A stretch of 64,000 bases of DNA from Acidimicrobiia bacterium (GTDB lineage Bacteria > Actinomycetota > Acidimicrobiia > IMCC26256 > JAMXLJ01): positions 1,361 through 65,360 of the forward strand of contig JAMXLJ010000081.1 in assembly GCA_024281095.1 (NCBI GenBank), written 5' to 3'. The notes under the pieces were generated by a model. It had not been told where the DNA came from. It made no database searches and saw only the letters and a program-made list of their open reading frames with translations. The position numbers were made by a program, and so were the translations under genes. This document shows positions 46,498 through 56,487 of the stretch, piece after piece. Position 1 is the stretch's first letter. Every line of letters begins with the position of its first letter.

Positions 46498-48168
46498 ATG
46501 CGTTTCCGACGGCGTGTGCTCGTGGTGTCCGCATGTCTGGCCGTCCTCGCCTTCGCAGCCGCGGCGCCCGGCATGTCGCTCGCGTCGTCGCCGAGCGGCG
46601 GTGTGGTGACGCCCCACGGCGCGACGAGCGAGCCCGTCGTCGCCGTCACGCAACGACCGCCGCACCCTCCCGGTGCCCTCTCGGCTGCACAGCTCGCCGC
46701 CATCGCCGGCCCGCTCCCGCAGGACGCCGCGGGGTTCGCAACCGCGAAGGCCCAGGCGAACGCACGCGCGCCCGGTTGGGTAGGGGCGCCGGCGCCGGCG
46801 GCTCCGCGCTCGACGTCGTCCGCTCGTTCGGCGCCCTCCACGTCCGCTGCGTCGTCACAGCCGAGCACGCTGCGCAGCTGGCAGGGGGCCGACCCGACGC
46901 TCACGCCGTCAGACTCGCACGGTGCCATCGGTTCGACCCGATACGTCGAGCTGGTGAACGCGCAGTACGCGATCTACGACCGAACCAACGACACACCGAT
47001 GTCGCAGGGAGCACTCCAGTCGATCGCGGGCGCGGCGAGCGGCGACAGCGTGTTCGATCCGCAGGTCATATGGGACCCGACCACGGCACGCTTCTACTAC
47101 GCGATGGTCGACGCCGTGAGCAGCACGTCGAACCTCCTCGCCGTCGGGTACAGCAAGACGGCATCGCCGAGCAGCGCGGCCGACTGGTGTCACAACTTCG
47201 TCGACTACGGCTCCGAGCTGCCCGACTATCCGAAGCTCGGCGACAGCAGCGACCTGCTCGTCATCGGGGTCAACGTGTTCCCTCTCGTCGGTGCGCAACG
47301 CAGTGACGTGGTCGCGCTGTTCAAACCGTCGAGCGGCACGTCGTGTGTGAGCGCGGCCGGAGCGAAGCACAAGGACCTGCGCAACGCCGACAACAGCGTC
47401 GCGTGGACCCCGATGCCGGCGAACGACGTCGAAGGCGACGCCTCCAACTACACGCTCGCGAACCGGTCCGACGGCGCCAACTTCATCTCGGTCTTCCAAA
47501 TCGTGAACTTCGGTGGAATCCAGTTCCTCGGGCCGCGCACGGTCTCCGTGCCCGCCTATTCGGTGCCGGCGAACGTGCCACAGCCGTCGCCCGCTCCGAT
47601 GCCGCTCGACACTCTCGACGGCCGGTTCTGGACCGCGGTGGAAGCCGTCGACCCGGCCCGGGGTTCGAACGCGCTCGCGGTGTGGGCCGCGCACACGGTG
47701 TTCGGTGGAGCGGGCGCGGAGGTCCGCTGGTACGAGATCAACCCGACGCCGTCTCCGCCCGTCCCGTACGACTCCGGGTCGCAGTCGAGCAGCTCGGTGT
47801 TCGTCTTCAATCAGGCGATCGCGCCCGATCGTCGCGTGTCGGGCGCCGGTCGCCAGTACGGCGACGCCATGGTGCTCGCGTTCAACACCGGCTCCGCCAC
47901 GCAGCCGGTGGACGTCGAGATGGTCTCCAAGACCGCGGGGAGCCCACCCTCTGCACCGGTGGTGGTCAAGACGTCGAGCGGCCCGATCTCCGACGGAGCC
48001 TGCGGCGACCCCGAACATCCGGGCGTGTGCCGATGGGGCGACTACAGCGCGGCGAGCCCCGACCCGTCGTCCGACACGAGCCAGTCGCACGGTGTCGTCT
48101 GGTTCTCGAACGCCTTCGCGGCGTCCACGCACGCGCACACGTGGAACTGGTCCGCCCGGCCGAAGTAG
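46498..48168 (+). CDS. secreted protein of unknown function (556 aa)
   Basis: Signal peptide MRFRRRVLVVSACLAVLAFAAAAPG, an Ala/Pro/Ser-rich linker and a beta-rich body with DPQVIWD and CRWGDYS motifs. Confidence 0.65.
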   Translation: MRFRRRVLVVSACLAVLAFAAAAPGMSLASSPSGGVVTPHGATSEPVVAVTQRPPHPPGALSAAQLAAIAGPLPQDAAGFATAKAQANARAPGWVGAPAPAAPRSTSSARSAPSTSAASSQPSTLRSWQGADPTLTPSDSHGAIGSTRYVELVNAQYAIYDRTNDTPMSQGALQSIAGAASGDSVFDPQVIWDPTTARFYYAMVDAVSSTSNLLAVGYSKTASPSSAADWCHNFVDYGSELPDYPKLGDSSDLLVIGVNVFPLVGAQRSDVVALFKPSSGTSCVSAAGAKHKDLRNADNSVAWTPMPANDVEGDASNYTLANRSDGANFISVFQIVNFGGIQFLGPRTVSVPAYSVPANVPQPSPAPMPLDTLDGRFWTAVEAVDPARGSNALAVWAAHTVFGGAGAEVRWYEINPTPSPPVPYDSGSQSSSSVFVFNQAIAPDRRVSGAGRQYGDAMVLAFNTGSATQPVDVEMVSKTAGSPPSAPVVVKTSSGPISDGACGDPEHPGVCRWGDYSAASPDPSSDTSQSHGVVWFSNAFAASTHAHTWNWSARPK

Positions 48169-48206
48169 CGCTCAGGATGCTGCGGCGTCCGGGGACGCGG
48201 TCGGGG

Positions 48207-48398
48207 TCAGGCGGGAGCGTCCTCGTCGAGGGTCAACACCTCGCTCGCGTGACAGATGATGATGCGTTCGTCCGTCGTGTCGACGAGGACAACGGCGCGG
48301 TCGGGATCGTGCTTGACGCGCGCGACCCGAGCGGCCTGCCCGTCGAGCCAGACCCTCTGGCCGCTGCGGAGCTTGACCGCTTCGATTCGAGTCGTCAT
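48207..48398 (-). CDS. small protein (63 aa), unknown function
   Basis: The ATG follows GGAGGAGAC. Sequence MTTRIEAVKLRSGQRVWLDGQAARVARVKHDPDRAVVLVDTTDERIIICHASEVLTLDEDAPA. Confidence 0.45.
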   Translation of the reverse strand: MTTRIEAVKLRSGQRVWLDGQAARVARVKHDPDRAVVLVDTTDERIIICHASEVLTLDEDAPA

Positions 48399-48480
48399 GG
48401 GTTCGTCTCCTCCGCCGCTGCCCGATTGCACGCCCCCGCCCCCGTCCACTCGGCCAGCAGCGCCCCGGCGACCGCGTCGG

Positions 48481-49116
48481 TCATGCCGTGACAGGCGCCT
48501 GCGGTGGCGCATCGCCGTGAACCCGCCGCGCCACGTTGACGGCGTGATCCCCGAGTCGCTCGTAGAACCTCGCGACGAGCCCCATCTCCATGGCCATCGC
48601 GACCGAGATGTCGCTCGCTGCGAGCTCCTCCGTCAACCTGACGTGGAGGTCGTCGAGGCTGTCGTCGCGGCGCCGGAGTCGCTCGGCCGCGGACGAGTCG
48701 GTGTCGGCGAACGCGTCCGCCGCCAGTCTCCACATCTCGGCGGCGACCCGTCCCATCTCCTCCAAGTGGGCGCGTGATGCCGGCGGGATCTCCGCCGCGA
48801 GGCGCTGCGGAGTGCGCAGCGCAATGTGCTCGACGAGATCGCCGGCGCGTTCGAGCTCGGGCACGATGCGCAACACCGCGAGCATCGAGCGGGCGTCGCG
48901 CGGCTGGATGGCTTCGCCACTGAGCAACCGCTGCTCGACGAGTGTCTCGATACGCGACTGGAGCTCGTCGATGAAGGGGTCGTCGGCGACGAGCCGGCGC
49001 GCGGCCTCGACGTCCACACCCACGAACGCTTCGGTCGCCGCGGTGATGCCCTCCGACACCAGAGCGAACATGTGCAGCACCTTGTCGTCGATCTGCCACC
49101 CGACGGCTGTCTTCAC
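48481..49116 (-). CDS. phoU: PhoU-family phosphate signalling protein
   Basis: Two PhoU repeats with E.ERAGDLVEHIA and FYERLGDHAVNVARRV. Confidence 0.88.
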   Translation of the reverse strand: MKTAVGWQIDDKVLHMFALVSEGITAATEAFVGVDVEAARRLVADDPFIDELQSRIETLVEQRLLSGEAIQPRDARSMLAVLRIVPELERAGDLVEHIALRTPQRLAAEIPPASRAHLEEMGRVAAEMWRLAADAFADTDSSAAERLRRRDDSLDDLHVRLTEELAASDISVAMAMEMGLVARFYERLGDHAVNVARRVHGDAPPQAPVTA

Positions 49117-49458
49117 GGCTCCCTCCGCTCCCGCTCGAGGGGGCTACGCCCGGCAGAGCTCCGCTGCGTCCGCACGGTCCTCATCACGGCGACCGTACGA
49201 CGGGTCCCTTGTGGATCACCAGAGGACAACCCGGTGGATAACTCGTTGAGCGCGAACAGTCACTGAACGAACCGTGAACTGCGGCGCCGACTGCATGACT
49301 CCCGCCTCGTGCAAGGGCGGCCACGTGCCGGGCACGCGCTCCTGGCACACCAGCCCGCGACGTCGCCGAGAAGCCGGCGGCACGGACGCCTCCGAACGAC
49401 GGGGTAGCCTAGTCGAACACATGTTCGGGGGCCCGACGCGCGAGGTTCCGGGAGCGAC

Positions 49459-51462
49459 GTGCTCGACGATCTCAACGAGGAACAGCGGGGCGCCGCCACT
49501 GCCTCGATGCACCGGCCGGCGGTCGTGCTCGCCGGCGCGGGCACGGGGAAGACCACCACCGTCACCGCTCGGCTCGCCTGGCTCGTCGACGAGGGCTTGG
49601 CGCCGGACCGCCTGCTCCTGTTGACGTTCACGCGACGCGCGGCCCGCGAGATGGTCCACCGCGCCCGCCAACGGTTGGGCCCGAGAAGCGGCGGCACCGT
49701 CGTCGGCGGCACGTTCCACTCGGTCGCGCACCGGTTGGTGCGGTTCCACGCGGAACAACTCGGCTTGCACGAGAGCTTCACGATCCTCGACCCGTCCGAC
49801 GCCGCCGACCTCGTCGACGTCGTGCGTGAGGATCTCGGATGCGCGGACGGCACCCGCCGCTTCCCACGCAAGACGACGCTGGTCGACATCTATTCGCGGA
49901 CAGTGAATACGCAACGCCCGCTCTCGGACGTGCTCACGACCTGGTTTCCGTGGTGCAGCGACTGCTGTGAGTCGATGGCAGAGGTGTTTCGCACCTACGT
50001 CGCGGAGAAGCGGCGGCTCGGCCTGCTCGACTTCGACGACCTGCTCCTGTACTGGGCCGCGCTCGTCGGCGACGACCGGACCGGTCGTCACATCACGAGC
50101 CGGTTCGACCACGTGCTCGTCGACGAGTACCAGGACGTCAACGCGATCCAGGTCGCGATCACCGACGCCCTCGCGGCGCAGCACCGCGGGCTGACGGTCG
50201 TCGGCGACGACATGCAGGCGATCTACTCGTTCCGGGCCGCAGATCCTTCGCACCTCACGGATTTCCCGTCGCGTCATCCCGACGCGCAGGTGCTGCGCCT
50301 CGAATGCAACTACCGATCGACCCGGCCCATCCTCGAGCTCTCCAACACACTGGCCGAACGCGCCCGCCCACCGGTTCGACGGCGACTCCGCGCGTCGCGA
50401 CCGGGCGGATGCCGCGCCGAGCTCGTGCGCTGCCGCGACGAGGCCGGCGAAGCAACCGCCGTGGCCGACGCGATCGTCGCGCTCCACGAGGAGGGCCTCG
50501 CACTGCGGGAGCAGGCCGTACTCGTGCGCACGGCGCACCACTCCGACCTGCTGGAGCTCGAGCTGGCCCGCCGTCATGTCCCGTTCGTGAAGTACGGCGG
50601 GCTCCGCTATCTCGACACCGCCCACGTGAAGGACTTCCTCGCCGCGCTCCGGGCCGCGTCGAACGTCCACGACACGCCGAGCTGGTTCCGGCTGTTGCAG
50701 CTCCTCGACGGCATCGGGCCCGCGCGGGCTCGCCGCATCATCGACGAGCTCGCGTGTGCGGACGTGAATCTTGCCGACGCCTGGCCCACGCCGTCGGTTC
50801 CGGAGAGTGCACGCGAGGCCGGCTCACGCGTGTTGCGCGCGATTCGACCGAGCCACGAGGTGCGCGCCGGAGCGCACGCGGAACTGGTGCTCCACGCGAT
50901 CGAGCCGTTGATCCGGGCGAGGTATCCACACGACACGTCGCGTCTGGACGACCTTCGCGAGCTCGCGGCCGCCGCGTCGGGATTCGTGCAACTCGTCGAC
51001 TTCGTCTCCGACCTCGTGCTCGACGGCCCGCGCTCGAGTGGTGACCTGGCCGGCCCACCGCATCTCGACGACGACTACCTCGTGATCTCGACCATCCACT
51101 CTGCGAAAGGACTCGAGTGGGACGCCGTGCACGTGCTGCGGGTCACCGACGGCGCGATCCCGTCCGACATGGCGCTCAGTGACTCCACCGGCCTCGACGA
51201 GGAACGGCGGGTGTTCTATGTCGCCCTGACCCGCGCCCGTCGGGTGCTGCGAATGTCCGCGCCGGATCGCTACTACCACCGACCGAACGGCCGGGATGAC
51301 GCCTACGGCTACACGAAGCTCTCGCGCTTTCTCGACGCCGCGGTGCTCGAGCACGCCGACACGATCCGCAGCGCGGAGCCCGACCCGCTGGCCCCGGCCG
51401 CGCTCGGAGCATCGCCGCCGAGCCGGCGCGTCGAGATCGATCTCGACGCGCTCTGGCGCTGA
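49459..51462 (+). CDS. UvrD/Rep/PcrA-type superfamily-1 DNA helicase
   Basis: Walker A AGAGTGKTT, motifs FDHVLVDEYQDVN, VVGDDMQAIYSFRAA, TIHSAKGLEWDAV and YVALTRAR. Confidence 0.9.
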   Translation: MLDDLNEEQRGAATASMHRPAVVLAGAGTGKTTTVTARLAWLVDEGLAPDRLLLLTFTRRAAREMVHRARQRLGPRSGGTVVGGTFHSVAHRLVRFHAEQLGLHESFTILDPSDAADLVDVVREDLGCADGTRRFPRKTTLVDIYSRTVNTQRPLSDVLTTWFPWCSDCCESMAEVFRTYVAEKRRLGLLDFDDLLLYWAALVGDDRTGRHITSRFDHVLVDEYQDVNAIQVAITDALAAQHRGLTVVGDDMQAIYSFRAADPSHLTDFPSRHPDAQVLRLECNYRSTRPILELSNTLAERARPPVRRRLRASRPGGCRAELVRCRDEAGEATAVADAIVALHEEGLALREQAVLVRTAHHSDLLELELARRHVPFVKYGGLRYLDTAHVKDFLAALRAASNVHDTPSWFRLLQLLDGIGPARARRIIDELACADVNLADAWPTPSVPESAREAGSRVLRAIRPSHEVRAGAHAELVLHAIEPLIRARYPHDTSRLDDLRELAAAASGFVQLVDFVSDLVLDGPRSSGDLAGPPHLDDDYLVISTIHSAKGLEWDAVHVLRVTDGAIPSDMALSDSTGLDEERRVFYVALTRARRVLRMSAPDRYYHRPNGRDDAYGYTKLSRFLDAAVLEHADTIRSAEPDPLAPAALGASPPSRRVEIDLDALWR

Positions 51463-51505
51463 GATCCTCGCGTCCGCCGCAAACCCGTAGGATCCGCGGC
51501 AAACG

Positions 51506-53137
51506 TCATCGGCGAACGGTCGCAGTCGGGCTGACCCGCAGCTCGAAGCCGCGGTAGCCATTGGCCGCGACGCTTTCGATGGTCTCCGTGTAGCGCGGCA
51601 GGCCACCGATGTAGGGCATGAAGACGCGCGGCTTTCCGGGCACGTTGGCGCCCATGTACCAGGAGTTCGCGCGCGGGAACAGCGTGTAGCTCGCGACCTG
51701 GTTCACGTGTGCGACCCAGTCGTCCTCGGACTCGACGGTCGCTTCGATGGCGCCGATGTTTCGTTCGTCGAGGTACGCGATGCAGTCGGTAATCCAGTCG
51801 ACATGCTGTTCGATCGCGACCGCCATGTTGACGAGCACCGAGGGGCTACCCGGGCCGGTCACGACGAAAAGGTTGGGGAAGCCCGCGGTCGCGAGGCCGA
51901 GGAACGTGCGGGGGCCCGCGGCCCACTTGTCGCGCAGCGCGACCCCGCCGACGCCGGTGATGTCGGGGCGCAGCAGCGGGCCCGTCATCGCGTCGAACCC
52001 GGTCGCGAACACGATCGCGTCGAGCTCGTACTCCTGCGTCGTGGTACGGATTCCGGCCGGCGTGATCTCGACGATCGGTGTCGCGCGTACGTCGACGAGC
52101 GTGACGTTGTCGCGGTTGTATGTCGCGTAGTAATCGGTGTCGAGGCACGGGCGCTTGGTGCCCAGCGGATGGCCGCGGGGCGAGAGCCGGTCCGCGACCT
52201 CCGGGTCGGCGACGATCTCATGGATCTTGCGCCGTACGAATTCGGCGGCAGTCTCGTTGGCGTCGGGATTCACCAGAAGGTCGTTGTACGACGCGATCAT
52301 TCCGAACAACGTGCCCGATTCCCAGGCTGCCTCGTACGTCGACTGACGGGTCGCGGTGTCGACGCTCAGCGCCGATTCCTGCGGCGGCGGCACGAGCACA
52401 CCGGCGCGCGACTCGCGCATCGCCTGACGGTGCTCGCGGGCGCGGGCCTTGCGCGCCGCGACGGCGTCGGGGTCGAGCGGCGCGTTCTTGGCCGGCATCG
52501 TGAAGTTCGGCGTACGTTGGAACACCGTCAGCTGCGCGGCCTGCTGCGCCATGAGCGGTATCGACTGGATGCCCGACGAGCCGGTGCCGATCACGCCGAC
52601 CCGCAACCCCGTGAGGTCGACGCCTTCGTGCGGCCAGCGCCCGGTGTGGTACGTCGGGCCGCGGAACGTGTCGATCCCCTGGATCTCAGGATCCTTCGAG
52701 GCGGAGAGGCACCCTACGGCCATCACGACGAACCGGGCCGAGACCCGATCGCCGCGGTCGGTGACGACGTCCCAGCGTTGTTCGGCTTCACTCCACCTCG
52801 CCGCGGTGACGCGGGTCTCGAACTCGATGTCGCGGCGCAGGTCGAAGCGGTCGGCGACGTGGTCGAGATACCGCAGGATCTCCGGCTGCGTGGCGTAGCG
52901 CTCGGACCACGTCCACTCCTGCTCGAGCTCCGGCGCGAACGAGTAGCAGTAGTCCATCGACTCGACGTCGCAGCGGGCGCCGGGATACCGGTTCCACCAC
53001 CATGTGCCGCCGACGCCGGCGGCGGCCTCGTAGCCCTGGATCGTGAGCCCGAGCGCCCGCAACCGGTGGTGCGCATACAGGCCGGCGAAGCCGGCACCGA
53101 CCACGACGACGTCCACATTTCGGCGAGATTCCGTCAC
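51506..53137 (-). CDS. Baeyer-Villiger (type I flavin) monooxygenase
   Basis: Contains VVVVGAGFAGL, GGTWWWNRYPGARCD, the BVMO fingerprint FRGPTYHTGRWP, and a second Rossmann motif VIGTGSSG. The proposed GTG at 53137 gives 543 aa. The ORF is open to 53602. Confidence 0.9.
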   Translation of the reverse strand: MTESRRNVDVVVVGAGFAGLYAHHRLRALGLTIQGYEAAAGVGGTWWWNRYPGARCDVESMDYCYSFAPELEQEWTWSERYATQPEILRYLDHVADRFDLRRDIEFETRVTAARWSEAEQRWDVVTDRGDRVSARFVVMAVGCLSASKDPEIQGIDTFRGPTYHTGRWPHEGVDLTGLRVGVIGTGSSGIQSIPLMAQQAAQLTVFQRTPNFTMPAKNAPLDPDAVAARKARAREHRQAMRESRAGVLVPPPQESALSVDTATRQSTYEAAWESGTLFGMIASYNDLLVNPDANETAAEFVRRKIHEIVADPEVADRLSPRGHPLGTKRPCLDTDYYATYNRDNVTLVDVRATPIVEITPAGIRTTTQEYELDAIVFATGFDAMTGPLLRPDITGVGGVALRDKWAAGPRTFLGLATAGFPNLFVVTGPGSPSVLVNMAVAIEQHVDWITDCIAYLDERNIGAIEATVESEDDWVAHVNQVASYTLFPRANSWYMGANVPGKPRVFMPYIGGLPRYTETIESVAANGYRGFELRVSPTATVRR

Positions 53138-53233
53138 GGCACGATTCTCGCACCGCCCCGCCGCCGGGCGCAGCCCTGCAGGCCGCTGGCCCCCGCACCG
53201 GTGAGGGACTTGAATGCGGCCGAGGAGGTTGTG

Positions 53234-53713
53234 ATGAGCGAATTCGACGACCTGCTGTGCGACGCCTACCGCGGCGAGGTTCTCGGCGAAGCGTTCTTCC
53301 GCGCCCTCGCCGACGCGCAAGACGACGACACGCGCCGCGAGACGCTTCGCGTTCTGCAGACCGTGGAGGCACGGACCGCCGCCCGTCTGCGCCCGCTGGT
53401 CGACGCGGCCGGCATCGATCCCGGCGACGCGCCGTCGGCCACGGACGGCGCGCGCATGGCCGAAGCCGTGGAGGGCCAGCCGTGGGACGGGCTGCTGCGA
53501 AGCCTGCGCAGCGCGCTGCCGGAGTTCCTCGTGAAGTTCGAGCGGCTGCAGTCGCTCGCGTCCGATCCCGACGACCCGATCATGGCCGAGCTCGTCGCGC
53601 ACGAACGGGCGATCGACCGCTTCGCGCAGCTCGAGCTCGACGGCCGCAGCGACGACGCGCTCGGCGTGCTACGCGAGCACCTCGAGTCGTTTCCGAGGGC
53701 CGGGGCTCACTGA
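53234..53713 (+). CDS. hypothetical helical protein (159 aa)
   Basis: The ATG follows GAGGAGG. Composition is all-helical. The gene is divergent from the BVMO gene. I recognise no family. Confidence 0.5.
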   Translation: MSEFDDLLCDAYRGEVLGEAFFRALADAQDDDTRRETLRVLQTVEARTAARLRPLVDAAGIDPGDAPSATDGARMAEAVEGQPWDGLLRSLRSALPEFLVKFERLQSLASDPDDPIMAELVAHERAIDRFAQLELDGRSDDALGVLREHLESFPRAGAH

Positions 53714-55002
53714 AGGAACGTCGGCTTCGCTCCCTCGACGCTCGTGGCCGGAGTGAGGAAGCACGTGAACGGCTTGCCCTTCGGCGCGAACGCCGGCACG
53801 AATTGCGAGTTGTGGACCCGCAGATATGCGATGCACGGCGGAAGCCGCCTCACGGTGTGCCTGGTGGTCCAGTCGATGGGACCGACGAGGCCGCCCGCGT
53901 CGTAGGCGCGCTCGCGGTTGATCGCGTCGATCACACCCTGCTGGGTGAAGTTCGGGCCCGCGGCGCGCAGCCCGGTGACGAACTGGTCGGCATTCACCCA
54001 GCCCACCTCGGCGTTCTCGGCGAGCTTGTAGCCGCCTTTGCTCATCCAGGTGATGTAGTTCTTGAGCGCCGGGAACTGCGGGACCGTCTCCGTCGGCGCG
54101 ACCTCGGTCGCGACGATGGAGCCCTCGAAGAGCGCGCCGTTGCTCGACATGAAGTCGTGGTCGTATCCCTTCGGCAGGTAGTGGATCGCCGACAGGTCCT
54201 GCTGGTGCATCTCGCGCGCGATGTCGAGCACCCCGTTGAAGTCCATGCACGTCGTGACGAGGTCGACGTTCGCGTCCCTCATGTGCTTCACGTCCGCGCT
54301 GAAGTCGGTCACGCCGAAGGCGAGGCTCTTGTCGAGGAACACGACCTTCGCCGACGGGTACTTCTGGAAGCTGGACTTGACCCCGTCGCTGCAGTCGGCC
54401 GACTGGGCCACGCTGTACGCCAGTGAGGCGACGCGCTTCTTCTGCAGCTGGGCCGCGACCCAGGGCAGCGAGGCGTCGGGGCAGTCACCGCCGATGCACA
54501 GGGCGCCGACCTCACCGAACATGTTCGGCGCACCCTGCCATTCCTTCTGGATGTTCCAGCCGAACACGGGGATGCCGCTCTTGGCGAGGAGATCGGCTCC
54601 GGTGAAGAGCACCGTGGCGACGGGGAGCACCGCGAACGGCTTGTCCTGCTCGAGGACTGCCGTGACTTCACGCCGGTCGTTCGACAACTGGTCGTCGTGA
54701 CGCTTGGCGATGACGAGCTTGCGGCCGTAGATGCCGCCCTCGCTGTTGATCATGTCGAAGTAGGCCTGCACGCCGTCGTACGCGGCGCGGTAACCGGGCC
54801 CCGTGGGGTCGGTCACGTCGACGATGCCGCTGACCCGGATCTCGGTGGGCGTCACCCCGGGCTGGGCCACCACGGGGAACCCGCCGGCCGGAGCACGAGT
54901 CGTCGTACTCGACTTCTGCGTCTGGCCGGAGCCCGAACTCGAGCACGCGGCTGCGACGACGACTGACAGGACCATGCACAACGCGATGGTGCGAGCGCGC
55001 AT
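53707..55002 (-). CDS. ABC-transporter substrate-binding lipoprotein (branched-chain amino acid/amide type)
   Basis: Lipobox VVAAACSS, and a type-I periplasmic-binding-fold pattern (EIRVSGIVDVTDPTG...YDGVQAYFDMINSEGGIYGRKL). Confidence 0.82.
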   Translation of the reverse strand: MRARTIALCMVLSVVVAAACSSSGSGQTQKSSTTTRAPAGGFPVVAQPGVTPTEIRVSGIVDVTDPTGPGYRAAYDGVQAYFDMINSEGGIYGRKLVIAKRHDDQLSNDRREVTAVLEQDKPFAVLPVATVLFTGADLLAKSGIPVFGWNIQKEWQGAPNMFGEVGALCIGGDCPDASLPWVAAQLQKKRVASLAYSVAQSADCSDGVKSSFQKYPSAKVVFLDKSLAFGVTDFSADVKHMRDANVDLVTTCMDFNGVLDIAREMHQQDLSAIHYLPKGYDHDFMSSNGALFEGSIVATEVAPTETVPQFPALKNYITWMSKGGYKLAENAEVGWVNADQFVTGLRAAGPNFTQQGVIDAINRERAYDAGGLVGPIDWTTRHTVRRLPPCIAYLRVHNSQFVPAFAPKGKPFTCFLTPATSVEGAKPTFLQ

Positions 55003-55110
55003 CTGTGGGTCACCTCTCGAGTCGGGATCCCCCCGGCCCCGACCTTCGAAGTATTCCACGCCCGCCGGATGCGCGTCGCGTGTGCCGGTTCGATCGAACC
55101 GGCACACGAC

Positions 55111-56487
55111 TCAGCGGGCCGGCGGGACGTTCTGGTTCAGGTGGAACAGGTTGCCGGGGTCGTACGTGCGCTTCACCTGGGTGAGGCGCTCGAAGTTCGC
55201 CCCATAGTTGTCCCGTACCCGGGCCTGGTCGTCGTCGGCCATGAAGTTGACATAGCCACCGGCCTCCGAGAACGGCGCGGTGGCGTCGTAGTAGTCACGC
55301 ACCCACTGGATGCGCTCGCGATCGACCGCCGGATCCTGCCACGCGGCGACGATGACGGTCGCGAAATTCGCGTCGCGGTAGGCGAACGCGGTCTCGTCCG
55401 CGCCGACCCGGTGCGCGGCGCCGTTGATCGGATAGAGGTGCATCGTCGCGCTGACCTCGGGGACCTTCGCGCCGTGGATCACGTGCTGCTCGATCGCGTC
55501 GTCAGTGAGGTCCTTGACGAAGGACCCTTTCCAGTAGCTGCGGATTCCCTTCGGGAAGATCACGTCGAACGCCGAGTTGAGGGCCGGGTACGGCATCGGG
55601 CCCACCATCTCCGCGACGACGGGCGCGACGTCGCGGAACGGCTTCATCGCGCTCTCGCCTTCTTCGAGCGGTCCGGCCCAGTGCACGATCGCGGCACAGA
55701 AGGTGTCGCCGTGACGGTTCTCCGGGATGAACGGAAGGGGCGGCGCGATCTGGAACGCCGGGAACGCGCCGTACGCCTCGTCGGCGTTCTTGATGAACTC
55801 GCGGTAGAACCGCAACAACGTGCCGGCATGGTCGAGCTCGTAGAAGAAGAGGCCGACGTACACGTCGTTGACGGGGTGCAGCTGGAACTCGAAGGACGTC
55901 ACGACACCGAAGTTCCCGCCGCCGCCGCGCAACGCCCAGAACAGATCGGGGTTGTCGTCCCTGCTCGCGGTGCGGACCTGGCCGTCGGCAGTCACCACCT
56001 CCGCGGAGAGCAAGTTGTCGATCGACAGCCCGTAGCCCCGTGTGAGGTACCCGATCCCGCCGCCGAGCGTCAGGCCGCCGATCCCGGTGGTCGACACGAT
56101 TCCGCCGGTCGTGGCCAGCCCGTACGCGTGAGTGGCGTAGTTGAAGTCGCCCCACGTCGCGCCGCCCCCCGCGCGCGCGGTGCGTGCGCGCGGATCGACG
56201 TGCACGTGCCGCATCAAGGACAGGTCGATGACGACGCCGCCGTCGTTCGTACCGAAGCCCGGGGCACTGTGCCCGCCGCCTTTCACGGACAGGTCGAGCC
56301 CGCCGTCGCGCGCGTAGTTCACGGCGCCGATGACGTCGGCGACCTGCTCGGCGCGGACGACGACCTTCGGCCGCTTGTCGAACATGCCGTTGTGAACGGC
56401 ACGGGCTTCGTCGTAACCGGGATCGTCGGCGGTGATGACGGGTGCGCGGACCTGCTCGCGGAGCCGTTCGACGGTCGTGTCGCTCAT
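55111..56487 (-). CDS. FAD-linked oxidase with a berberine-bridge-enzyme-like C-terminus
   Basis: FAD_binding_4 pattern (VVVRAEQVADVIGAVNYARDGGLDLSVKGGGHS) and a BBE tail (YVNFM...NYGANFERLTQVKRTYDPGNLFHLNQNVPP). Confidence 0.88.
   Translation of the reverse strand: MSDTTVERLREQVRAPVITADDPGYDEARAVHNGMFDKRPKVVVRAEQVADVIGAVNYARDGGLDLSVKGGGHSAPGFGTNDGGVVIDLSLMRHVHVDPRARTARAGGGATWGDFNYATHAYGLATTGGIVSTTGIGGLTLGGGIGYLTRGYGLSIDNLLSAEVVTADGQVRTASRDDNPDLFWALRGGGGNFGVVTSFEFQLHPVNDVYVGLFFYELDHAGTLLRFYREFIKNADEAYGAFPAFQIAPPLPFIPENRHGDTFCAAIVHWAGPLEEGESAMKPFRDVAPVVAEMVGPMPYPALNSAFDVIFPKGIRSYWKGSFVKDLTDDAIEQHVIHGAKVPEVSATMHLYPINGAAHRVGADETAFAYRDANFATVIVAAWQDPAVDRERIQWVRDYYDATAPFSEAGGYVNFMADDDQARVRDNYGANFERLTQVKRTYDPGNLFHLNQNVPPAR

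Noticed and set aside
49209-49242. Two DnaA-box-like 9-mers (TGTGGATCA and GGTGGATAA, each 8/9 to TGTGGATAA), 24 bp apart, between phoU and the helicase gene.
   Set aside because: There are only two imperfect boxes, no AT-rich unwinding element, and no dnaA, dnaN or other origin-linked genes nearby. The match is most likely chance.
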